Assembly (NCBI GenBank): GCA_964565495.1
Contig: CAZMFE010000003.1
Location: 1 to 25,962 of the forward strand
Direction of reading: 5' to 3'
Length of the DNA stretch: 25,962 nucleotides
From: an uncultured bacterium
GTDB taxonomy: Bacteria; Omnitrophota; Omnitrophia; Omnitrophales; JACQLI01
Position 1 is the first letter of the stretch, and each line of letters opens with the position of its first letter. Positions 1-6,597 of this stretch are shown here, piece after piece. Below the pieces are notes generated by a model. That model saw only the letters and a program-made list of their open reading frames with translations. It did not search any database and was not told the DNA's origin. The translations under genes were made by a program, and so were the position numbers.

Positions 1-41
1 TTCAGGAGAGGCTTAAGAAGAAGAAAGCGATCCCGGCGTGA
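1..41 (+). CDS. 3' end of upstream CDS (...QERLKKKKAIPA*), probably RNA polymerase alpha subunit by synteny
   Basis: Open frame 3..41 ending in TGA, followed by AGGAG and the rplQ start. rpoA-rplQ adjacency is conserved, but the 12 visible residues are not diagnostic. Confidence 0.45.
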   Translation, partial: QERLKKKKAIPA

Positions 42-56
42 AGGAGATCCATTGAG

Positions 57-641
57 ATGCGGCATCGGCGAAGACGAAGACGACTGGGGGTCAACACCCA
101 TCACCGGAAAGCGCTGCTCCGTAATCTCGTGGGAGGTTTGGCGCTCCACCGCCAGATCCAAACGACTTATGCCCGGGCGAAAGAGACATCCCGCTTGGCT
201 GATAAAATGGTGACTCTGGCAAAGGAGGGAACCCTGGCCGCAAGGAGGCAGTTGATTCGCCGCCTCGGTTCCTCGGAGCTGGCGAAGATTTTTATCGAAG
301 AAATTGCGCCGCGGCTGCAAAACCGAAACGGAGGGTTTACACGGGTCCTGAAACTGGGGAATCGCTCGGGCGACGGGGCCGCGACGGCCCTCGTACAGTT
401 TTCAGTTCCGATCGAGCTCGCACCCAAGGAAAAGAAGCCGAAAAGGGAAAAAAAGCCCCCAGCGCCCAAACCCGCCGCGGAAGAGAAACCGGCCGTCGCC
501 AAAGAAAGAAAGAAAGAGCCGAAGCCCGAAAAGGAGAAGTTGGAAAAGAAGGCCGAGCCTAAAGAAGAGACTCAAAAGCGCGGCGGGTTCCTCGCCAAAC
601 TCAGGAAATTTCTGACCGGCGAAGAAGACAAAAACAAATAG
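57..641 (+). CDS. rplQ: 50S ribosomal protein bL17 with a ~77-aa Lys/Glu/Pro-rich C-terminal extension
   Basis: MRHR...LG...HRKALLRNL, IQTTYARAKE, RNGGFTRVLKLGNRSGDGA are L17 hallmarks. SD AGGAG at 42-46. Confidence 0.97.
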   Translation: MRHRRRRRRLGVNTHHRKALLRNLVGGLALHRQIQTTYARAKETSRLADKMVTLAKEGTLAARRQLIRRLGSSELAKIFIEEIAPRLQNRNGGFTRVLKLGNRSGDGAATALVQFSVPIELAPKEKKPKREKKPPAPKPAAEEKPAVAKERKKEPKPEKEKLEKKAEPKEETQKRGGFLAKLRKFLTGEEDKNK

Positions 642-653
642 GAGGCCACCCCC

Positions 654-1829
654 ATGGCCATCCTTTCTCATCGAATCGCAAAAGTCACTCCCTCCCTCAC
701 CCTTTCCATTACGGCCAAGGCCAAGGCCATGAAGGCTCATGGAATTGATGTGATTTCCTTGAGCGCCGGCGAACCCGATTTTGACACTCCAGATTTCATC
801 AAAGAGGCGGCCATCGAGGCACTCCGCGAGGGGACGACGAAATACACACTGACTGAGGGCACCTTAGAACTTCGGCGAGCGATCGCCGAAAAATTGAAAC
901 GCGATCAAGGACTTGTTTACACTCCCGGTCAAATTGTTGTTTCCTGCGGAGCCAAACATTCAATTTTTAATCTATTTCAGGTCCTCCTCAATGAAGGAGA
1001 CGAAGTCCTCATCCCTTCCCCTTATTGGTTAAGTTATCCCGAGATGGTGACTCTCTCTGGCGGAAAGAACGTTTTCATCGAGACCAGCGAAACCAGTGAA
1101 TTTAAGATCACCCCTTCTCAGTTGGAAAAAACAGTCACCCCCAAAAGCAAAATTTTGGTACTCAATTCTCCGTCGAACCCAACCGGTGCTGTCTATCGGC
1201 GGAAGGAACTTGAGGCTCTCGTTCCGATCTTATTGAAATATCCCAGCCTCTGGATCTTGAGCGACGAAATCTATGAGAAATTAATTTTTGGCGAAGAGAA
1301 ACATGTCTCTATCGCCTCGCGAGATAGAGAGATTAAGGAACGAACCCTACTCGTGAATGGCCATAGTAAAGCTTATGCTATGACGGGTTGGCGTATCGGT
1401 TACTCTGCTTGCCCCAAAGAGGTTGCAGAAGCTGTTTCAAATTTTCAGAGTCATACGACTTCAAACCCAACTTCTTTTGCACAGGTGGGGGCCCGGACCG
1501 CCCTCCAGGACGGGAGAGCAGAGGGAGAGATTAGAAAATGGCGTGCGACTTTCGAGGATCGTCGCGATGTCATTCTGCGCGAACTTGCAATGATTGATAA
1601 GATCAAGGCCTTTAAACCCCAAGGCGCTTTTTACGTTTTCGTGAATATTGAAGCGACGGGCCTCGATTCCATGCGTTTTACCGAGCGGCTCCTCGAAGAG
1701 GCCCGCGTGGCGGTGGTCCCGGGCAAGGTCTTTGGGAGCGACCGTCATATCCGCCTCTCCTTCGCCTGTTCCGAAAAAGACCTCCTCGAAGCCTCCCGCC
1801 GCCTCCGCGACTGGATCCGAAAACTCTAG
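654..1829 (+). CDS. PLP-dependent class I/II aminotransferase (aspartate aminotransferase-like)
   Basis: GEPDFDTP, NSPSNPTG, SDEIYE, SKAYAMTGWRIG (PLP-Lys), PQGAFY motifs. 391 aa, SD GGAGG upstream. Confidence 0.93.
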   Translation: MAILSHRIAKVTPSLTLSITAKAKAMKAHGIDVISLSAGEPDFDTPDFIKEAAIEALREGTTKYTLTEGTLELRRAIAEKLKRDQGLVYTPGQIVVSCGAKHSIFNLFQVLLNEGDEVLIPSPYWLSYPEMVTLSGGKNVFIETSETSEFKITPSQLEKTVTPKSKILVLNSPSNPTGAVYRRKELEALVPILLKYPSLWILSDEIYEKLIFGEEKHVSIASRDREIKERTLLVNGHSKAYAMTGWRIGYSACPKEVAEAVSNFQSHTTSNPTSFAQVGARTALQDGRAEGEIRKWRATFEDRRDVILRELAMIDKIKAFKPQGAFYVFVNIEATGLDSMRFTERLLEEARVAVVPGKVFGSDRHIRLSFACSEKDLLEASRRLRDWIRKL

Positions 1830-1857
1830 CCAACAGAATTCCTCCCAGCCTCTCGGC

Positions 1858-1901
1858 GCCTGCCTGCGCGGAGCCGAAGCACCGCTTCGGCGAAGGCGGG
1901 C
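1858..1901. repeat. REP-like compound hairpin
   Basis: GCCGAAGC (1873-1880)/GCTTCGGC (1884-1891) inner stem. GCCTGCCT (1858-1865)/AGGCGGGC (1894-1901) outer stem with one G-U pair. Confidence 0.75.
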
Positions 1902-1941
1902 TCAGTCGCTTTGGCTTCGGCAAGAACTACGGGCGCTTCAG

Positions 1942-2030
1942 CCGGGGTCCCACCTCGGGATCGCAAGAGTTGTCTCAATGAGGTCCCTGCCTGCCGGCAG
2001 GCAAGGCGCGGAGGGGGAAGAAATTTTCTT
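1942..2030 (+). repeat. Copy of the right arm of the 4184-4356 foldback element with a nested 16-bp perfect palindrome
   Basis: Shares CCTCGGGATCGC, GAGTTGTC and CGCGGAGGGGGAA(G/T)AAATTTTCTT with the ~4283-4357 arm. Contains TGCCTGCCGGCAGGCA at 1988-2003. Confidence 0.85.
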
Positions 2031-2035
2031 TAAGG

Positions 2036-2044
2036 TGATATAAT
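2036..2044 (+). promoter_or_regulatory. Extended -10 promoter for mfd
   Basis: TG-A-TATAAT is a perfect extended -10. It implies the start is GTG 2063 rather than TTG 2045. Confidence 0.55.
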
Positions 2045-2062
2045 TTGGGTAGCGGTTCCATC

Positions 2063-3967
2063 GTGGAAGGGCTCGAGCGCTTGTATGTCGGGCAGACGAT
2101 CGAGCGGGGCTCCTTGGAGACCCTCCTCCAGAAGCTCCGTTACAGGAGGAGAGACTTTGTCTCCGCGCCCGGTGAATACGCCGACCGCGGCGCGACCTTC
2201 GACATTTATCCCCTCACCTATCGCGCGCCGATCCGCTTAGGTTTCGAACTCGACACCATCGTTTCCATCCGCGATTTTTCTCCCCACGAAGGCAAAAGTC
2301 TCACGGGTTTTGAAGAAGTCTTCCTGGCCCCCCTTTCGGAACCTTTCGAGGCTCGGGTCAGCCTTGTTCGCAAGCGATTCGAGGAATTCGAACCGCTCAC
2401 CGAGGTGACGGACCTCGAAGCGGGAGACACTGTGGTTCACCTCCAATATGGGATCGCTCGTTACCTCGGGACGAAAAAGATTGAGATCCAGGGAGAGGCA
2501 AGACGTTGTATGGCCCTGGAGTTCGCGGATCGCGAAATCCTTTATCTCGAAATCACCGAGCCCCTGGAACGCTATATCGGAATCGAAGGGAAAAAGCCGA
2601 AACTGACGCGGCTTCATACCAAAGAATGGGAACGTGCAAAAACCAAGGCCCGGCTCGCCGTCGAAAATGTGGCCCGCGATCTTTTGTCTCTGGCGGCCCG
2701 AAGAGAACTTGGGTGTGGGTTTGCTTTTCCCAAAGACAGTCCCTGGCAGGGTGAGTTCGAGGAAGAGTTTCCTTTCGAAGAGACCGCGGATCAGCTCAAG
2801 GCGACGGAGGAAGTCAAACGGGACATGGAATCCCCTCGGCCAATGGATCGGCTCCTTTGCGGCGACGTGGGCTTTGGAAAGACGGAAGTGGCGATGCGCG
2901 CGGCCTTTAAAGCGGTGACGGCAGGGAAACAAGTCGCCTTTCTCGTTCCCACGACGGTTTTGGCCGAACAACACTGGCTTGTTTTCAAGGAGCGGGCGAA
3001 AAATTTCCCGCTCGCAATCGAAGTCCTCTCCCGTTTCCGTTCCAGGAAAGATCAGATTCAAGTCCTTAAAGGTCTTGAAGAGGGGAAAGTGGATGTCGTG
3101 ATCGGAACGCACCGGCTTCTTTCGGGGGATGTCCAATTTAAAGATTTGGGCCTCGTCGTGATCGATGAAGAGCAGCGTTTTGGCGTGGCCCACAAAGAGA
3201 AATTGAAAAAACTGCGGGAGGTGGTCGATCTCCTCACGTTAACCGCAACCCCCATTCCTCGAACGCTTTATCTTTCCCTCATGGGGGCGCGGGACATGTC
3301 CATGATCCATACCCCTCCCCGGACCCGCCTCCCCATCGAAACCCAAGTGATCGAATACGATGACCGAAAGATTGCCGATGCGATTCAGAGGGAGCTCGCG
3401 CGCGGGGGACAAATCTATTTCGTTCATAACCGGATCGCTTCGATTGAGCGGGTCCACGAGCATTTAAAAACGATTCTTCCGGACGTCCGATTCGGGATTG
3501 CCCATGGTCAGATGCCGTCACGGGCCCTTGAGAAGATCATGAAAGACTTTTTCGAGAAAAGAATCGATTGTTTGATTGCCACCAATATCATCGAATCGGG
3601 TCTCGATATTCCCAATGTCAACACGATCATTGTGAACCGGGCGGATCGATTTGGTCTGGCGGATCTTTACCAGCTGCGGGGACGCGTGGGCCGGTTTATC
3701 GGGAAGCGGCAGGCCTACGGCTATTTTATTGTTCCCCGGAATTGGGTCATGACGCTCGATGCCGAGAAACGCCTGGAAGCCATTGAGCGATTCACGGAAT
3801 TGGGGGCGGGATTCAAGATCGCTTTGAAGGATCTCGAAATTCGGGGCGCGGGGAATATCTTGGGTCACGAACAAAGCGGCTTCATTTATGCCGTGGGTTT
3901 TGACCTCTATTGCCGTATGCTCCGCCGCGCCATCGAAGAGATGAAAGGCAGATCGGCCAAGCGCTAA
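2063..3967 (+). CDS. mfd: Transcription-repair coupling factor, short form (~634 aa: D2-like + RID + SF2 translocase + TRG, no D7)
   Basis: PGEYADRGATFDIYP (UvrB-homology D2), GDTVVHLQYGIARYLG (CarD-like RID), GDVGFGKTEVAMRAA, DEEQRFG, TATPIPRTL, QLRGRVGR, DLEIRGAGNILGHEQSG. Start is uncertain (2045 TTG or 2063 GTG). Confidence 0.92.
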   Translation: MEGLERLYVGQTIERGSLETLLQKLRYRRRDFVSAPGEYADRGATFDIYPLTYRAPIRLGFELDTIVSIRDFSPHEGKSLTGFEEVFLAPLSEPFEARVSLVRKRFEEFEPLTEVTDLEAGDTVVHLQYGIARYLGTKKIEIQGEARRCMALEFADREILYLEITEPLERYIGIEGKKPKLTRLHTKEWERAKTKARLAVENVARDLLSLAARRELGCGFAFPKDSPWQGEFEEEFPFEETADQLKATEEVKRDMESPRPMDRLLCGDVGFGKTEVAMRAAFKAVTAGKQVAFLVPTTVLAEQHWLVFKERAKNFPLAIEVLSRFRSRKDQIQVLKGLEEGKVDVVIGTHRLLSGDVQFKDLGLVVIDEEQRFGVAHKEKLKKLREVVDLLTLTATPIPRTLYLSLMGARDMSMIHTPPRTRLPIETQVIEYDDRKIADAIQRELARGGQIYFVHNRIASIERVHEHLKTILPDVRFGIAHGQMPSRALEKIMKDFFEKRIDCLIATNIIESGLDIPNVNTIIVNRADRFGLADLYQLRGRVGRFIGKRQAYGYFIVPRNWVMTLDAEKRLEAIERFTELGAGFKIALKDLEIRGAGNILGHEQSGFIYAVGFDLYCRMLRRAIEEMKGRSAKR

Positions 3968-3985
3968 AGGGTAAAATCTCTTCTC

Positions 3986-4176
3986 GCCAAGACCCCCCTC
4001 GCCTGGGCCTCAGTCGGATTCTACGCGAGAAATCTACACGAGACGGCGTGGGAAGACCCTTCCGCCGTTCCCCCGCCCCAAAAGATTGGGCGGTGGCCGT
4101 CGGCTTTCCCACGCCGTCTCGTAAGATTTCTAATGACTCCGAATCCGATTCGGCCCTTGGCGAGGGGGTTCTTGGC
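3986..4176. repeat. ~190-bp imperfect foldback (long hairpin) element A
   Basis: Nested stems: 3986-4002/4159-4176, 4013-4020/4141-4148, 4027-4034/4124-4131, perfect 17 bp 4037-4053/4106-4122, 4072-4077/4088-4093. Confidence 0.9.
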
Positions 4177-4183
4177 TGTCAGG

Positions 4184-4356
4184 AGAAAATTTATTCCCCC
4201 GCCGCAATCAGGGCCGAAGGGGGTCCTACAACTCTTGCGATCTCGAGGTGGGGAAAACCCGGCCAGAAGTCTCCTTCTGTGGGACCGGGTGGGGCCCCGC
4301 CTCGGGATCGCTTAGAGTTGTCGCGAGAAGGCCCGCGGAGGGGGAATAAATTTTCT
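4184..4356. repeat. ~173-bp imperfect foldback (MITE-like) element B
   Basis: Terminal IR AGAAAATTTATTCCCC (4184-4199)/GGGGAATAAATTTTCT (4341-4356). Inner pairs ACAACTCT/AGAGTTGT, GCGATC/GATCGC, ACCCGG/CCGGGT. Confidence 0.88.
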
Positions 4357-4404
4357 TCTTCCAGGCGAGGGGATTCTGCCGTTGAACAGGAAAAGATTCT
4401 GCAA

Positions 4405-4433
4405 TTGAAATGAAGAAGGGCTTATGGTATAGG
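4405..4433 (+). promoter_or_regulatory. Sigma70-like promoter for surA
   Basis: TTGAAA (4405-4410), 17-bp spacer, TG-G-TATAGG (4428-4433). ATG lies only 11 nt downstream. Confidence 0.45.
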
Positions 4434-4444
4434 TAGAGCCTACC

Positions 4445-5413
4445 ATGAGGCGTTTTGCTCTCCTCATCGGAGGGTTTCTTTTTTTCGAACTCACACCGGC
4501 TTGGGCCCAAAGGCAGATCGTCGACCGTGTGGTTGCGGTCATCAATGACGAAGCCATTACCCAAAGCGAGCTCGAAGTCTACCTCCGTCCTCTCTACGAG
4601 AGTCTCAAGGAGCAGTATCAAGGGGAAGAATTAAACCGTCAACTCAATGAGGTTCGGCTCAAGCTTTTGAATCAAATGATTGAGGATCGTCTTGTCTTTC
4701 AAGAGTCAAAGGAGCTCGGCATCACGGTTGATGACAGCGAAATCGATGCGATGGTCAATGAGGTGAAAAGGAGATTTTCCTCGGAGACCGAATTCGATCA
4801 AATGTTGGCCGCTCAACGCTACAGTCTGGCCGAACTTCGTGAGGGTTTCCAGCGGCAGATTGCCATCCGAAAGCTCCACGACATGGAGGTCCGCGCCCAT
4901 GTCGTTGTCTCGCCCCGAGAAATCGAAGATTTCTATAAAAACCGAAATCCCGAACTTGCCGAGGAGGAAAAAATCAAGATTCGCTCAATCACCCTCCGAA
5001 AAACCAAGGAAGCTGAGGAGAAAGGTCTGAGCGATGAGGCGGCAAGGAAGAAGCTGGAGTCGGTTGAAGCCCGCATTCGAACCGGAGAAAGTTTTGAAGC
5101 CCTGGCGCGAGAATTTTCAGAAGACGCCCGTGCCAAAGAAGGGGGGCTGGTCGGGTGGGTCCGGCGCGGCGAGATGCTTCCTGCAATCGAAGAGCATCTT
5201 TTTAAGCTCCCGGCCGGAGCCATTTCCCCGCTTTTAGAGACGCCTCAGGGTTATCATCTGTTCAAGATTGAGGAAAAAACGGTGAGCCAAGTCCCTTCCC
5301 TTGAGGAGGTTCGGGAGAAGATTCGCGCAATGATTTTCCGGGAGAAAGCCGGGAAGCGTTTTAAGGAATGGATGAACCAACTCAAGGCGCGCGCCTACAT
5401 CTCCGTTCGTTGA
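4445..5413 (+). CDS. surA: SurA-like periplasmic chaperone / parvulin-type peptidyl-prolyl isomerase
   Basis: Signal peptide (…TPAWA), IVDRVVAVINDEAIT SurA N-domain, one rotamase domain (FEALAREFSED…GGLVGW…ETPQGYHLFK). Lies upstream of pdxA as in the conserved surA-pdxA-rsmA order. Confidence 0.85.
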   Translation: MRRFALLIGGFLFFELTPAWAQRQIVDRVVAVINDEAITQSELEVYLRPLYESLKEQYQGEELNRQLNEVRLKLLNQMIEDRLVFQESKELGITVDDSEIDAMVNEVKRRFSSETEFDQMLAAQRYSLAELREGFQRQIAIRKLHDMEVRAHVVVSPREIEDFYKNRNPELAEEEKIKIRSITLRKTKEAEEKGLSDEAARKKLESVEARIRTGESFEALAREFSEDARAKEGGLVGWVRRGEMLPAIEEHLFKLPAGAISPLLETPQGYHLFKIEEKTVSQVPSLEEVREKIRAMIFREKAGKRFKEWMNQLKARAYISVR

Positions 5414-5513
5414 CAGGATTCAGAATTCAGAAGTCAGAAGAATAGAAGGGAGGACGATTTTGATCGTTAACCTCTGATTTCTGGCTTCTGTCCTCTGACT
5501 TCTGTTTTCTGGG
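5412..5513. repeat. Inverted pair of heptamer tandem arrays
   Basis: Left: GACAGGA TTCAGAA TTCAGAA GTCAGAA … AATAGAA (5412-5447). Right: CTCTGAT TTCTGGC TTCTGTC CTCTGAC TTCTGTT TTCTGGG (5472-5513). Confidence 0.85.
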
Positions 5514-5518
5514 TGGTC

Positions 5519-6574
5519 ATGCAAAAGCCAATTGTTGCCATCACGATGGGAGACCCGGGCGGGATCGGTCCGGAAGTCATCGCACGCACGATCCAAGATC
5601 CTAAAAAGTTCAAGGATGTTTTCCTCCTTTTAATCGGTACGGGGGTCGTCTTTGAATTTCTTGAAGACCGGCTCCCCCTCAGGCTTCCTTTAAACCCGAT
5701 CCCCACCCTCACCCGAGATTTTCTGAGAGATGACTCGGTCAACTTTCTCGATGTCACCGAAGAGGCCCAGTGGCTTTTAAAAAATCACTCTTTCCCCGGA
5801 ACCTCCTCGGATGCCTTGTTTGACATTGGCCGGGTTTCCGTGACCAATTCGGCGATGTCGCTGGCCGCCTTGAAGGCCGGAGCCTATCAAGCGGCGACTG
5901 GACTGGTGGATGCATTGGTGACCGGTCCGGTCAGTAAGGAGGCGATCCGTCTGATTGAACCTAAGTTTCACGGTCACACGGAATATTTGGCTCGCGTTGC
6001 GCGGGTGAAGAGATTTGCCATGATGTTCCTCAATGAAAACGGACGAGGATCTTCCGGGCTTCGAGTGACCCTTGTCACGATTCATGTCCCCTTGAAAAAG
6101 GTGAGCCGCCTCTTAACCGAGGAAACAATCCTTGAAAAGATCCAATTGACCGATGAGTTTTTGAAGACCCGCCTCGGGATCCCAAAACCGAAGATTGCAG
6201 TCTCGGCCCTCAATCCGCACGGTCGGGAAACCGGGGAGGAAGAGGGGAAAGTGATTGAGCCTGCGATTCAGAGGGCCCGGGAGGAAAAGATCAACGTTTT
6301 GGGCCCCATCTCCGGAGACCGCGTTTTTTACGATGCCTATCACGGAACCTATGATGCCGTCGTGGCGATGTATCACGATCAGGCCCTGGCCCCTTTCAAG
6401 CTGATCGCCTTTGACACCGGTGTCAACTTGACGCTCGGTCTGCCTTACCTCCGCACCTCTCCCGACCACGGAACCGCCTTCGACATTGCCTATCAAGGCA
6501 AGGCGGACCCCCGTTCCATGGAATCCGCGCTCCGGTGCGCCCTTAGATTGCTTCGTCCCCCGCACTTTCGTTAA
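5519..6574 (+). CDS. pdxA: 4-hydroxythreonine-4-phosphate dehydrogenase
   Basis: ITMGDPGGIGPEV, GHTEYLA, LVTIHVPL, LNPH, AMYHDQ, RTSPDHGTAFDIA. ATG 5519 preferred over GTG 5513. Confidence 0.95.
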   Translation: MQKPIVAITMGDPGGIGPEVIARTIQDPKKFKDVFLLLIGTGVVFEFLEDRLPLRLPLNPIPTLTRDFLRDDSVNFLDVTEEAQWLLKNHSFPGTSSDALFDIGRVSVTNSAMSLAALKAGAYQAATGLVDALVTGPVSKEAIRLIEPKFHGHTEYLARVARVKRFAMMFLNENGRGSSGLRVTLVTIHVPLKKVSRLLTEETILEKIQLTDEFLKTRLGIPKPKIAVSALNPHGRETGEEEGKVIEPAIQRAREEKINVLGPISGDRVFYDAYHGTYDAVVAMYHDQALAPFKLIAFDTGVNLTLGLPYLRTSPDHGTAFDIAYQGKADPRSMESALRCALRLLRPPHFR

Positions 6575-6597
6575 AAGTGCTGGGTCTTCGCAATGAC
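6545..6597. repeat. Half of a GTCATTGCG-family palindromic element overlapping the convergent pdxA/GT2 stops
   Basis: AGATTGCTTCGTC (6545-6557), hairpin GCACTTT/AAAGTGC, then TCGCAATGAC (6588-6597), the reverse complement of GTCATTGCGA seen at 10638 and 14520. Confidence 0.7.

Noticed and set aside
2237-3193. 318-aa minus-strand ORF, plus other long antisense ORFs (6113-6565, 17319-17933, 3518-3874)
   Set aside because: Shadows of well-supported plus-strand genes, with no motifs.
3910-4413. 167-aa plus-strand ORF across the mfd-surA spacer as a possible detached Mfd D7
   Set aside because: It runs through the foldback elements, has a Pro/Arg/Gly-rich composition typical of GC hairpins, and shows no TRCF-like sequence.
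1830-4440. Autonomous IS or composite transposon carrying mfd
   Set aside because: No transposase, and the flanking copies are partial and in direct orientation with no evident target-site duplication.
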